Assembly (NCBI GenBank): GCA_963718495.1
Contig: OY970353.1
Location: forward strand, 3,474,988 to 3,538,987
Reading direction: 5' to 3'
DNA length: 64,000 nucleotides
Source: an uncultured Solirubrobacterales bacterium
GTDB taxonomy: Bacteria; Actinomycetota; Thermoleophilia; Solirubrobacterales; Thermoleophilaceae
This document shows, piece after piece, positions 22,190-32,344 of this stretch; the first letter of the stretch is position 1, and every line of letters begins with the position of its first letter. Under the pieces are notes generated by a model, which had not been told where the DNA came from, ran no database searches, and worked only from the letters and a program-made list of their open reading frames with translations. Position numbers and translations under genes: made by a program.

Positions 22190-23466
22190 TCGAACGTCTC
22201 CTCGATCACGCGGATCACGCGCGGCTCGGAGCGCACGAAGTCGAGCCCGGAGATCAGCTCGACTGCGGCGCGGAACTTCGACTCGAGCACCGGGTGCATG
22301 ACCATCGCGAGCCGCGCGTCCTCGCCCAGCCCCTTCTGGACCACCGACTTGATCGACACGTCCTGCAGGCCGAGCACCTGCGCCACCTGGGCCAGCACGC
22401 CCGGGCGGTCCGCCACCTCGACGTGCACGTAGAACGCCGACTCGATGTCCGACAGGGCGGTGAGCTGCACCGCCGGGGGCGGCAGGTTGGGCGGCGGGAT
22501 CATCGCCGACACCACGTCGCCGAGCACCGCCGAGGCCGTCTGGATCCCGCCCGCACCGGGACCGGAAAGCGTGATCTCGGTGATCGCCGGCGACTCGATC
22601 GTCACGGCGTTGAACGAGCCGTTGACCGACGCCAGCGGGTGGCCCGCGTACAGGAACGCCGGGTACACCTGGACGGCGAGCCCGTCGCCGATCCGCTCGG
22701 CGGTCCCGATGAGCTTCAGCGAGAGCCCGAACTCCTTCGCGTAGGCGATGTCGTCGGCCCGGATCTTCTCGATGCCCTCGTGCGGCACCTGGTCGAGCGA
22801 CATCGGCGCGCCGAAGGCGAGCCGGGCGATGATCGCCATCTTGGCCGCCGCGTCCTTGCCGGTCACGTCCTCGGTCGGGTCCGCCTCGGCGTAGCCGAGC
22901 TCCTGCGCCTGGGCCAGCGAGTCCTCGTACGACGCGCCGGTGCGGGCCATCTCGCTGAGGATGAAGTTCGTGGTGCCGTTGACGATCCCGTAGACCCGGT
23001 CGATGTGCGCCGCGGCGAGGCTCTCGCCGATCACCCGAATCGCGGGGACGACCCCGGCGACGGCAGCCTCGTAGCGCAGCTGGACGTTCGCCTCGGCGGC
23101 CGCCGCGTAGAGCTCCTCGCCGTGCTGGGAGAGCAGCTGCTTGTTGGCGGTGACGACATGCTTGCCGGCCGCGATCGCCCGCAGGGCATAGTCGAGCGCA
23201 GGCTCGATCCCGCCCATCAACTCGACGATCAGGTCGCTGCCGGCGAGGATCTCCTCGAAGTCGCCGCTGTCGCGGCGCAGCACCCCGGAGATCACCGGCC
23301 GCAGGCCGACCTCGGCCTCGATCGCGTCGGCGCGGCTGTCCAGCAGATCGTCGAAGGCGCCGCCGACCGTGCCCCGACCGAGGAGGCCGATGCGGAACAG
23401 CTCTGGCTGCGCACCCGGCCGAGCCGGCTGCTTGCCCAGAGGCGTCCCTCCGGTGTCAGGCGTCAC
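22186..23466 (-). CDS. hom: homoserine dehydrogenase
   Basis: NAD-binding [10 protein letters not shown], catalytic domain and C-terminal ACT-like region. The GTG 23466 start is uncertain (it overlaps the lysA end by 11 nt). Confidence 0.9.
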   Translation of the reverse strand: MTPDTGGTPLGKQPARPGAQPELFRIGLLGRGTVGGAFDDLLDSRADAIEAEVGLRPVISGVLRRDSGDFEEILAGSDLIVELMGGIEPALDYALRAIAAGKHVVTANKQLLSQHGEELYAAAAEANVQLRYEAAVAGVVPAIRVIGESLAAAHIDRVYGIVNGTTNFILSEMARTGASYEDSLAQAQELGYAEADPTEDVTGKDAAAKMAIIARLAFGAPMSLDQVPHEGIEKIRADDIAYAKEFGLSLKLIGTAERIGDGLAVQVYPAFLYAGHPLASVNGSFNAVTIESPAITEITLSGPGAGGIQTASAVLGDVVSAMIPPPNLPPPAVQLTALSDIESAFYVHVEVADRPGVLAQVAQVLGLQDVSIKSVVQKGLGEDARLAMVMHPVLESKFRAAVELISGLDFVRSEPRVIRVIEETFE

Positions 23467-24739
23467 GCCGGGTGAGGTCGTCGAGGGTCTCGCGGCGGAT
23501 TACGACCCGCGCTTCGCCGCCGCGGCAGAACGCCACGGGCGGGCGCAGGACCGCGTTGTAGTTGCTGGCCATCGCGTGACCGTATGCGCCGGTGGCCGGT
23601 ATGACCAGCACGTCCCCCACCCGCGGCTCCTCGAGCCGGGCCTCCGGCACGAGCACGTCGCCCGACTCGCAGTGCATCCCGGCGATCCGGCAGGGGGTGG
23701 AATCGCCGAACCGGTCGGCGATCTCGGCCTCGTACACGGCGCCGTAGAGCATCGGGCGCGGGTTGTCGGACATGCCGCCGTCGACGGACACGTACGTGCG
23801 CACGCCGGGGATGTCCTTGACGGTGCCGACCGTGTAGAGCGTCACGCCCCCGTTCGCGACGAGCGAGCGCCCCGGCTCGCAGAGCACCGTCGCCCCCGCG
23901 GGCAGGGCGGCGAGCATCGCCTCGGCATACTCGTCGGCCGCCGGCGGGCGCTCGTCGCGCGTGTAGGCGGCAGCGAAGCCGCCGCCTACGTTGATCACCG
24001 GATGCTCCCCGAGGCCGGCGAGGACCTCGCCGAGCGTCTCGTACACGTCGAGGTCGAAGATCTGCGAGCCGATGTGCGCGTGTAGGCCGCGCGGATCGAG
24101 CCCGGCGTCGCTGCAGCGCTCGAGCGCCGCGCCGGCCTGGGCGAGCGGGATGCCGAACTTCTGGTCCTCCTGGCCGGTGGCGATCTTGGCGTGCGTGTCG
24201 GGCCTGATCCCGGGCGTCACGCGCACGAGCACCTTCTGCCCCGCGCCGGCGGCGATGCGCTCCAGCCTGTCGATCTCGTCGAACGAGTCGACGATCACGT
24301 GGCCGATCCCGGCGGCCACCGCGGCCTCGAGCTCGGCCTCCGACTTGTTGTTGCCGTGCATGTAGATGCGGGCGGGGTCGAACCCGGCGTTGAGCGCGAG
24401 GTGCAGCTCGCCCCCCGACGCCACGTCGCACGACAGCCCTTCCTCGGCGAAGACCTTCAGCGCCGCGGTGCACGGAAACGCCTTGCTGGCGTACAGCACC
24501 TCCACGTTCTCGCTCCGGGCAGTGAATGCCGCCTGGGTCTGGCGCGCCCGCTCGCGCAGGTCGTCCTCGGCGTACACGTAGACCGGAGTGCCCAGCTCGC
24601 GCGCGAGCTCGATCGTGTCGCAGCCGCCGATCTCCAGCCGCCCGGCCGCGTTGATGCGCGACCCGAGCGGGTACACGTGGGCCGCCGGCCCGAGCGAATG
24701 GTCGGCGGCGAGCGCCTGCTCTGTGTCCTCGGCGGCCAT
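23456..24739 (-). CDS. lysA: diaminopimelate decarboxylase
   Basis: Orn/DAP/Arg decarboxylase fold (YASKAF PLP-Lys context, GGGF, CESGD). Start taken at ATG 24739. Confidence 0.9.
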   Translation of the reverse strand: MAAEDTEQALAADHSLGPAAHVYPLGSRINAAGRLEIGGCDTIELARELGTPVYVYAEDDLRERARQTQAAFTARSENVEVLYASKAFPCTAALKVFAEEGLSCDVASGGELHLALNAGFDPARIYMHGNNKSEAELEAAVAAGIGHVIVDSFDEIDRLERIAAGAGQKVLVRVTPGIRPDTHAKIATGQEDQKFGIPLAQAGAALERCSDAGLDPRGLHAHIGSQIFDLDVYETLGEVLAGLGEHPVINVGGGFAAAYTRDERPPAADEYAEAMLAALPAGATVLCEPGRSLVANGGVTLYTVGTVKDIPGVRTYVSVDGGMSDNPRPMLYGAVYEAEIADRFGDSTPCRIAGMHCESGDVLVPEARLEEPRVGDVLVIPATGAYGHAMASNYNAVLRPPVAFCRGGEARVVIRRETLDDLTRRDA

Positions 24740-24752
24740 AGGGTTGGCGATT

Positions 24753-25451
24753 ATGAAGCACGCCCCGCCGCCGAAGCCCGAGCTGGGAGAGCGCGCGGGC
24801 ATCAGCTACGCGCTGTACCTGCCGGACTCCGAACCACGCGGCGGCGTGGTGATCCTCCACGGCGCCGGGTCGGCGAAGGAGAGCCACCTCGATTTCGGCC
24901 GTGTCTGCCGCGAGCGCGGGCTGGCGGCGCTGGCGTACGACGCGCGCGGCCACGGCCGGTCGGACGGCGAGTTCGGCCCCGCCGCGATCGACGACACCCT
25001 GGCGATGTGCGCGCTGGTGCGCGAGCACGCCCCGGCTGTCGCGCTACGCGGCTCGAGCCTCGGCGGCCTGTGCGCGATCCTGGCCGCCGCGCGCGACCCC
25101 GACATCGCCGCGGTGGTGGCAATCTGCCCGGCACCGGAGAGCCTGCTGCTGCGCGGGATGCGCTCGGGCCGGATCGCCGCCGACTTCCGCATCGACCGGC
25201 CGGCCACGGAGGCGTGGCTCGAGAGCGAGAGCGTGCACGACGCGGTGACCCGGCTCGGCGAGCGCACCGCGCTGCTGCTGCTGCACGCCCGCGGCGACGA
25301 GCAGGTGCCCTACACCGTCAGCGAGGAGCTGCACGCCGCGGCCCACGAGCCCAAGCGCCTGGTCGTCCTCCCCGGCGGTCACCACCGCTCGCTGCAGCAC
25401 GACCTGGAGATCCAGAACCTCTCGGTGAGGTTCATCGAGAAACAGCTCTAG
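24753..25451 (+). CDS. alpha/beta hydrolase
   Basis: ATG 24753 in the frame of ORF 24588..25451. Nucleophile elbow GSSLGG; C-terminal D and H candidates (ARGDEQV, GGHH). Confidence 0.75.
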   Translation: MKHAPPPKPELGERAGISYALYLPDSEPRGGVVILHGAGSAKESHLDFGRVCRERGLAALAYDARGHGRSDGEFGPAAIDDTLAMCALVREHAPAVALRGSSLGGLCAILAAARDPDIAAVVAICPAPESLLLRGMRSGRIAADFRIDRPATEAWLESESVHDAVTRLGERTALLLLHARGDEQVPYTVSEELHAAAHEPKRLVVLPGGHHRSLQHDLEIQNLSVRFIEKQL

Positions 25452-26074
25452 CGCGTCTGGCCGAGCTGGCGGAGGAGATCGGACAGGACCCCGCCCGTGC
25501 CGGTGAGCACTCCGCCGAGCTCCGGGCTGAGGACGCCGACAGTGTCGCCGAGCGTGCCGGTGACGCCCTGGGTGGTGTCGCCGAGCGTGTTGGTCAGACC
25601 GGAGATGCCGCGTCCCGCCTCGTTGTCCGGCAGCAGGGCCGGAAGGCCCGCGGCTGTCGGGCCGCTGCCGGGAGCGGCCGGGACGACGGGGCCGTTCGTG
25701 ATCGCGGGCGGAGTCGGGGTGACGCCGGGGGTGTCGCCCTCGCCCACGCCGGCGACGGGAATCGGGCCGATCGGCGGTACGCCGGCCTGGCCCGCGGCCA
25801 CGGCGCCGTCGGCCGGCGTGCCGGCGGCGGCGTCGGGGGTGGCGACGTCCTCGGCGGCGGGCAGGCCCTCGGCCACGAGCTGGGCCGGGCCGGTCACCCG
25901 CACCGACGTCGCGGGCTCCTTGACGACGAGGCTGCCCACGTCACGCGCGATGCCCGCGCCGGGCCAGCCGTTGAAGGCGACGAGGGCGCTGACGACGCCA
26001 AGCAGGAGAACCGCGGAGGCGATCATCACCGTGGTGGTGCCGAGGCCTGCGATGTAGGCGCGATTCGCTTTCAT
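25448..26074 (-). CDS. membrane-anchored Gly/Pro/Thr-rich repeat protein (hypothetical)
   Basis: N-terminal TM (TTVMIASAVLLLGVVSALVAF), a Pro-rich linker and C-terminal LGDT..GV.G repeats encoded by the direct repeat gtgtcgccgagcgtg. Confidence 0.5.
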   Translation of the reverse strand: MKANRAYIAGLGTTTVMIASAVLLLGVVSALVAFNGWPGAGIARDVGSLVVKEPATSVRVTGPAQLVAEGLPAAEDVATPDAAAGTPADGAVAAGQAGVPPIGPIPVAGVGEGDTPGVTPTPPAITNGPVVPAAPGSGPTAAGLPALLPDNEAGRGISGLTNTLGDTTQGVTGTLGDTVGVLSPELGGVLTGTGGVLSDLLRQLGQTR

Positions 26075-26161
26075 GAAGTGAGGTACCTCGTAGTCGCATC
26101 GACCACGACCCGGACAACCTTTAGCGGTGATTGTGGCGAATTCTGTTGCGGTCCGCGTTAG

Positions 26162-26176
26162 CGAGAATGATTCTCG
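26162..26176. promoter_or_regulatory. perfect 7-1-7 palindrome CGAGAAT-G-ATTCTCG (Fur/Zur-family box candidate)
   Basis: Seen directly in the sequence. Its centre is the ATG 26167 of the first ABC-3 permease gene. Confidence 0.4.
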
Positions 26177-27048
26177 TTTACGATCTGGCGGTGCTCTCCC
26201 TCGCGTCGCTCCCCGCGCCGGCCGATCTGGTCGAGCTGCAGTACCTGCGCACGGCGCTGATCGAGCTGGTCCTGCTCGGGGTGGCCGGCGGGATCGCCGG
26301 GACCTACGTGGTGCTGCGGCGGCTCGCGTTCTTCACCCACGCCGCGGGCACCGCGACGTTCCCCGGCCTCGTGGTGGCCGAGGCGGCCGGGATCGCCGCC
26401 CCGCTGGCTGCTCTCGCGGTGGCGCTCGGCTACGCCGGTGCCGTCGAGCGCGCCGGCCGCCGCGGGCGCGACCCGGGCGACGCCGCGACCGGGCTGATCC
26501 TCGTCGCCGCGCTGGCGATCGGCGTGATCCTCGCGAGCGACGTGTTCGAGTCGCCGGCGAGCGTCGACCGGCTCCTCTTCGGCACCTCGATCGGTCTCGC
26601 CGGGAGCGACGTCGCCCTGACGGCCGCGATCGCCGCAGTCGCGATCGCCGCTGCGGCCACCGCCGGGCGCGCCTGGACCGCGCTGGCCTTCGATCCTGCC
26701 GGGACGGCCGCCCTCGGCGTCCCTGCGCGGCGCGCCGATCTCGCACTCCTCTTGCTGGTGGCGGTCGGCGTCGTGGCCGCGCTCCCGGCGGTCGGCGCTC
26801 TGCTCGTGACGTCCGCCTTCGTGGTGCCGGCGGCGATCGCGCTGCTGCTGACCAACAGCGTCCCGGCGCTGCTGCGGGTGGCCGTGCTGGTCGGCGTCGC
26901 GCAGAGCGTCGCCGGGCTTTACCTGTCCGTCTGGCTCGACGTACCCCCCGGCCCCGCGATCGCCGTCCTCGGCGCGGCGGCGTACGGGATCTGCGCGACC
27001 GTGGTCGCGGCGCGAGGGCGCCGCCCCCGCGCGGCGGTGGCGGCGTGA
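26167..27048 (+). CDS. ABC-3 family metal (Zn/Mn) transporter permease
   Basis: Multi-TM protein in the ZnuB/TroC style. Start is either ATG 26167 or GTG 26131. Confidence 0.8.
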   Translation: MILVYDLAVLSLASLPAPADLVELQYLRTALIELVLLGVAGGIAGTYVVLRRLAFFTHAAGTATFPGLVVAEAAGIAAPLAALAVALGYAGAVERAGRRGRDPGDAATGLILVAALAIGVILASDVFESPASVDRLLFGTSIGLAGSDVALTAAIAAVAIAAAATAGRAWTALAFDPAGTAALGVPARRADLALLLLVAVGVVAALPAVGALLVTSAFVVPAAIALLLTNSVPALLRVAVLVGVAQSVAGLYLSVWLDVPPGPAIAVLGAAAYGICATVVAARGRRPRAAVAA

Positions 27049-27791
27049 GGGGCGCGGTCAGCGCTCGCCACGCGGTCCTGGGCTACGACGGCCGGCCCGT
27101 GCTCGACGGGCTCGACTTCGAGGTTGCCGCCGGCCGCTCGGTGTGCGTGCTCGGCCCGAACGGTGGCGGCAAGACCACGCTCTTCCGCGGCCTGTCCGGC
27201 GAGCTGGCCCCGCTCTCCGGCGAGCTCGAGACTGCCGGCCGGCCGGCGGTCCAGGCACAGACCGAGCGCGCGCGCCTCGACTTCCCCGTGAGCGCGCGCG
27301 ACGTGGCGCTGATGGGCTCGCTCGCCCGCGGGGCCTGGTGGCGGCCCGCCGCCCGCGAAGACCGCCGCGCGGCGGACGCGGCGCTCGACCGCGTCGGTCT
27401 GGCCGACGTGGCCGCGCGGCGGTTCGGCGAGCTGTCAGGCGGCCAGCGCGCCCGCGTGCTGCTCGCCCGCGCACTGGTCCAGGACGCGGCCGTTCTCCTG
27501 CTCGACGAGCCGCTCGCCGGGGTCGACCCCGCAAGCGCGGAGCGGATCGTCACGCTGTTCGCCGAGCTGCGCGCCGAGAACCGGACGCTGCTGGTGTCGA
27601 CCCACGACGTCGACAGCGCGCGCGAGTTCGACCTCGTGCTCTGCCTCCACGGCCGCCAGGTCGCGTTCGGCGAGCCGGACGCCGTGCTCACCCGGTCCGT
27701 GCTCGAGACCACCTACGGGGCAGAGATCGTCGTGATCGAGGAAGAGGGCTCGCCCCTGCGCGTGATCACCGTCCAGCACCACGAGCACTGA
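27045..27791 (+). CDS. metal ABC transporter ATP-binding protein
   Basis: GTG 27045 overlaps the upstream stop (GTGA). Walker A GPNGGGKTT, signature LSGGQ, Walker B LLLDEP. Confidence 0.85.
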   Translation: MRGAVSARHAVLGYDGRPVLDGLDFEVAAGRSVCVLGPNGGGKTTLFRGLSGELAPLSGELETAGRPAVQAQTERARLDFPVSARDVALMGSLARGAWWRPAAREDRRAADAALDRVGLADVAARRFGELSGGQRARVLLARALVQDAAVLLLDEPLAGVDPASAERIVTLFAELRAENRTLLVSTHDVDSAREFDLVLCLHGRQVAFGEPDAVLTRSVLETTYGAEIVVIEEEGSPLRVITVQHHEH

Positions 27792-28657
27792 TGGACGTCC
27801 TCGACTTCCTCATCGACCCGTGGCGCTCCGGCATCGACCGGCGGGCCCTGCTCGAGGTGGCACTGCTCGGCGCGATCTGCGGCGGCCTCAGCTTCTGGAT
27901 CGTGGCGTTCCGGCTCTCGTATGCGGCCGAGTCGCTCGCGCACGGGATGCTGCCGGGGCTCGTGCTCGCCTCGCTGGCGGGCGCGCCGCTGCTGCTCGGC
28001 GCGGCCGGCGGCGTGGCCGTGGCGGCGGCACTCGTGGCCCTGGCGGCCCGCGACGAGCGGATCGGCGCCGACACGGCAACCGCAGTGGTGGTCACCGGCG
28101 CGTTCGGCCTCGGAGCGCTGCTGGCGCTCGAGCCCGAGACCCCGGCTCGGCTCGGCGAGCTGCTGTTCGGGGACCCGCTGGGCGTCAGCGACGGCGACCT
28201 CGTCGCGGCGGCGGTCCTCGCGGTCGCCGGCAGCGGCGCGCTCGTGGCGCTGCACCGCCCGCTCGTGGCCGTGGCCTTCGACCCCGGCGCGGCGGGACCG
28301 CTCGGGGTGCGCCCGGACCTGGTCCGGCTGGCGCTGGCGCTCCTGCTCGCGGCGGCGCTCGCCGTGGCCGTCCAGGGGCTCGGCAGCCTGCTCGTGCTCG
28401 CGGTCCTGGTCGCCCCGGCGGTGGCCGTCCGGCGCCACGCTGCCACCCCGGGCCGCGCGATGCTCGCCGGCGGAGGGGTGGCCGTCCTCGCGGGGCTGGC
28501 CGGCATCACGGCCTCGCAGCAGCTCGGCAGCGCGGCCGGCGCCTCGGTCGCCCTGGCCCTGTGCGGGTTCGCGGCGATCGGCGCCGCGGTCCCGCGGCGA
28601 TCGCTCCCGGCTACGCCGCCCGGGGCGCGCCCGGCGGCGCGTCCCGCAGGCGGATGA
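27791..28657 (+). CDS. ABC-3 family metal transporter permease (second)
   Basis: ATG 27791 overlaps the upstream TGA (TGATG). Paralogous to 26167..27048. Confidence 0.8.
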   Translation: MDVLDFLIDPWRSGIDRRALLEVALLGAICGGLSFWIVAFRLSYAAESLAHGMLPGLVLASLAGAPLLLGAAGGVAVAAALVALAARDERIGADTATAVVVTGAFGLGALLALEPETPARLGELLFGDPLGVSDGDLVAAAVLAVAGSGALVALHRPLVAVAFDPGAAGPLGVRPDLVRLALALLLAAALAVAVQGLGSLLVLAVLVAPAVAVRRHAATPGRAMLAGGGVAVLAGLAGITASQQLGSAAGASVALALCGFAAIGAAVPRRSLPATPPGARPAARPAGG

Positions 28658-29390
28658 ACATCAGCACCCCGCCCGCGATCATCACGACGCTGATCAGCTG
28701 CGGCTGGGTCAGCCCGGCGATCACGGAATCGTTGCGGCGGATGAACTCGACGAGCAGGCGCTCGAGCCCGGAGAGCATCAGGTAGATCGCGAACAGCACC
28801 CCGGGGCGGAACCGGTCGCGCAGGTGCCACAGCGCGAGCGCGACCAGGCCCATGGCCACGGCTTCGAAGATCGGCGTCGGGTGCACCTCCTCGAGCGTCC
28901 TCACGGTCCCCTCGGGGTAGGCCATGCCCCACGGGGCGTCGGTCGCCTTGCCGTAGTCGCCGTCGCCCGACAGCTGACACCCGACGCGGCCGATCGCGTA
29001 GCCGAGCGCGAGCGCCGGGGCGCAGAGGTCGAGGAGCCGCAGGCCGAGAAAGCCGCGGTACCACGCCCACAGGAGCACCCCGATCGCACCGCCGACCGCA
29101 CCGCCGAACCAGACCAGCCCGGACCCCGAGAACAGGTTCCCGAGCAGGTCGTCGCTCACATCGCTCCAGTTCTGGAGCAGGTAGTCGACCCGCGACCCGA
29201 TCAGGCCGCCGGCGAGCCCGGCGAAGATGATCTCGTAGGCCCAGTCGACCGGCTTGGCGATCTCGACCAGCCGGCGTGCGACGAGCGCACCCGCGGCGAC
29301 GAAGCCGAGCGCGAAGCAGATCCCGAAGGTCTGCAGGGTCAGTGGGCCAAGCTCGATCTCCGGCAGCACGGCGGGGACGCTAGCGCCCAC
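28611..29390 (-). CDS. lgt: prolipoprotein diacylglyceryl transferase
   Basis: Motifs GRVGCQLSGDG and HPTPIFE; multi-TM. Confidence 0.85.
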   Translation of the reverse strand: MGASVPAVLPEIELGPLTLQTFGICFALGFVAAGALVARRLVEIAKPVDWAYEIIFAGLAGGLIGSRVDYLLQNWSDVSDDLLGNLFSGSGLVWFGGAVGGAIGVLLWAWYRGFLGLRLLDLCAPALALGYAIGRVGCQLSGDGDYGKATDAPWGMAYPEGTVRTLEEVHPTPIFEAVAMGLVALALWHLRDRFRPGVLFAIYLMLSGLERLLVEFIRRNDSVIAGLTQPQLISVVMIAGGVLMFIRLRDAPPGAPRAA

Positions 29391-29450
29391 GGCCGGCCGC
29401 CATATGGCACGGGGGGTTGCGAAGGGGGGCGTGAGCCCCCCTTTCGAGGC

Positions 29451-30609
29451 TTACAAGTAGCCCATCGGGTCGACCGGATTCCCGTTGACGCGCACCTCGA
29501 AGTGCAGGTGCGGGCCGGTCGAGTTGCCCGTGTTGCCCACGAAGCCGATCGTCTGACCCTTGCTGACCGACGCGCCGTTGGAGGTCGAGTAGCCCGACTG
29601 GTGGCCGTAACACGAGGACAGCGATGCCGAGTGGGCGATGCAGGTGTAGTTGCCGTAGCCGCCGGTGAAGCCGAGCAGCACGACCTTGCCGCTGTCGGCC
29701 GCGCGGATGGGGGTTCCCGTCGGCGCAGCGATGTCGATGCCGGCGTGCAGCCGGCCCCAGCGCATGCCGAAGGGCGAGGTGAACTGGCCGTTCACCGGCC
29801 AGATCATGCTGCCACTGCCGCGCTTGATCGGGCCCGGGTTGATCGCCGCCCAGCTGGTTGCGCACCCGGGCCGACTCGCGCTCGAGGCCCGCCAGATGGT
29901 CCTCGAGGGCGTGCCTGTCGGTGCGCACCTTGGAGAGGACGGCGCGGCGGCCGTTGCGGACGCTGCGCAGGTCACCCTGGCTCGAGGCGAGGCGGTCGCG
30001 CGCGCCGGCGATGTCGTCGCGGCGCGTGAGGATGGTCTCGGCCGCCTGCTGCTTGCGCTGCTCGAGGTCGGCGAGGAGCCGTTCGGCCTTCTCGGCGCGG
30101 GCCTTCAGCACGCGGACGCGGTTCACGACGATGCGGTCGTTGTCGGAGATCCGCTCGAGGAACTCGGTTCGCTCGAGCAGGTCGGTGAAGCCGTTCGCGT
30201 TGAGGATCACGGTCAGCAGGTCGGGCTGGTCGGACTTGTAGAGCTCGACGAGGCGGTCGGCCAGCGCGCCGCGTGCCGTGCGTAGCTCGGCGCGGGCCTT
30301 GGCGAGCCTGTCGCGGGCGCCCTCGAGCTGGTCGCGCGTCTCGAGCAGATCGTTGCGCGCCTCGTCGAGGTCGGCCTGCACGACGCCCAGGCGCCGCTGG
30401 GTCTTGTTGATCTCGCCCTGGAGCGAGGAGATCCGGTTGTTGTAGCGCTGGATGGTCGAGGTGAGCACGCCCTCCTGGCGCTTCTTCTTCTCGACCTGGG
30501 CCCGCTTGCCCTGGATGCGCTGGTCGAGGCTCGCCGACTGGCCCGGAAGGGGCAGCAGGACATAGGCGGAGATCGCCGCGACGAGGGTGAGGAGGAAGTA
30601 CTTGCGCAT
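29451..30609 (-). pseudogene. coiled-coil M23 family metallopeptidase; one frameshift
   Basis: N-terminal signal/TM plus a long coiled coil (ORF 29380..30609). The M23 domain (HAGIDIA, GNTGNSTGPHLHFEV) is in ORF 29451..29975. The frames join at about 29849-29851 (CCC on +). Confidence 0.75.
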
Positions 30610-30784
30610 GGTTGCTGCGTCCGCCGCGCACGGGCGCGGGCACCTGGAATCCTGGTAAATCCCTGCTCCGAAACGGATTCCGGGCGACCCGGACGAGCGA
30701 TCACCGTAGCAAGCAGGACCCTCCAGATCCTCGATTTCCGGCGCTGTGCAAAGGATCCTGCACCCGCCTTCTACACTTCAACCC

Positions 30785-31685
30785 GTGGCCACTCAGAAGA
30801 CGTCATTCGGACGCGACACCGGGCTCCAGCTACGGATGCTCCTCACCATGTTCCTGCTCGGGCTGTTGTACGTCGTGTTCGTCGGCGTACTGGTCGCCGC
30901 CGGCGGCAGCGCGGTGATGATCCTCGGGTTCGTCGTCCTGCTCACGCTGGCGCAGGTCTTCCTCTCGGACAAGATCGGGCTGCTCTCGATCGGAGCCAAG
31001 GAGGTCACCCCCGAGGAGGCCCCCGGTCTGCACGCCATGATCGAGCGGCTCTGCATCCAGGCCGACCTGCCCAAGCCGAAGGTCGCCGTCATGGACACCG
31101 AGCGTGCCGAACGCGTTCGCGATGGGCCGGTCGCAGAAGTCGGCCACCGTCTGCGCCAGCACCGGGCATCATGAACATGCTCTCGCCGGCCGAGCTCGAG
31201 GGCGTCATGGCGCACGAGCTGACCCACGTGAAGAACCGCGACGTGCTCGTGATGACCATCGCCAGCTTCTTCGCCAGCGTCGCTTCGATGATCCTCCAGA
31301 TGGCGTTCTGGTTCGGCGGCGACGACGAGGACGGCCTGCCGGTGTTCGCGATCATCGGCATCTCGGCCGCCGTCTACGCGATCTCCTTCTTCCTGATGAT
31401 GGCCCTGTCGCGCTACCGCGAGTTCGCCGCCGACCGCGGCGCCGCGCTGATCACCGGCCGGCCGAGCGCGCTGTCCTCGGCGCTGATGAAGATCTCCGGC
31501 GCAATGGAGACCATGCCCGAAGCAGGACCTCCGCGCGGCCAGCGAGATGAACGCCTTCTTCATCGTGCCCGCCGAGCGTCAAGGGCTTCCTCCAGACGGT
31601 GTTCGCGACGCACCCGCCGATGGAGAAGCGCATCGAGCGCCTCCAGCAGATCGAGGCGCAGCTCCAGGCCGCGCCGACGCTCTAG
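30785..31685 (+). pseudogene. htpX: M48 family zinc protease HtpX; four +1 frame disruptions
   Basis: Fragments in four frames reassemble into ..DTGLQLRMLLTMFLL..KVAVMDTE/VPNAFAMGRSQKSATVCASTG/IMNMLSPAELEGVMAHELTHVKNRD..KISGAMETMP/KQDLRAASEMNAFFIVPAE/VKGFLQTVFATHPPMEKRIERL. HExxH is present. Confidence 0.8.
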
Positions 31686-32262
31686 TGGGCTTCCTCGACG
31701 CTCTGCTCGGGGGGCGCAAGAAGCTCGCGGGCCCCGCCGCGAAGGACCGCCTGTTCGCGATGACCACCGCGTACATCGCGATGGACACGGGGCTCGGCCT
31801 GAAGACCGCCGGCGACGCGGGCATCGTCTTCCAGCCGCTGGCGACCGCCGACTTCGACCAGATCCTCAAGGACGCCAAGGAGCTCCTCGACGAGCTCCGC
31901 CCAGGAGACCGGGTCGAACGCTCACCTCCGCCGACGACGAGTTCGGTTACCGCTGGCTGGTCTTGAAGGACCCCGACTTCGACGACCTCGTCGTCTCGCT
32001 CAACGTGATCTCGGGCGAGCTCCAGGCGGGCGGCTACGGCGACCGGATCCTGTGCGCGGTCTTCCCGTTCGACGACAAGGGCAAGCGGGTCTACTTCATC
32101 TACAACTTCAAGCGCGGGCTCTACTACCCGTTCGTGCCCTCCGCCGGCGAGCAGCAGCGCGACTCCGAGCACGAGCTGCGGCTGAAGGCGCAGCTCGACT
32201 CCGAGCTGCCGTTCGAGCCGGAGCTTGCGCGCTGGTTCCCGCTCTGGGAGATCCCGCTCTAG
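31685..32262 (+). pseudogene. PspA-associated protein PspAB-like; at least one frameshift
   Basis: GTG 31685 overlaps the htpX TAG. N-part VGFLDALLGGRKK..FQPLATADF..; C-part ..DDEFGYRWLVLKD..FKRGLYYPFVP..ELARWFPLWEIPL is in another frame. The junction lies at 31898-31922. Confidence 0.6.
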
Positions 32263-32344
32263 GAAGCGTTCGGGGGCCTCCCGCCCCCGGACCCCCGGCG
32301 GGGTTCCGCCCCTACGACGTCACCAGGCGGGACGGCTCAGTCGC

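Noticed and set aside
24191-26161. 656-aa + ORF, and similar long Arg/Ala-rich ORFs (for example 27921..30029, 17478..18812, 43965..45905 upstream part, 50016..51110)
   Set aside because: These are typical open frames of GC-rich DNA. Each overlaps genes with clear family motifs. Only the portions noted in the feature list (for example xseB, GT4) are real.
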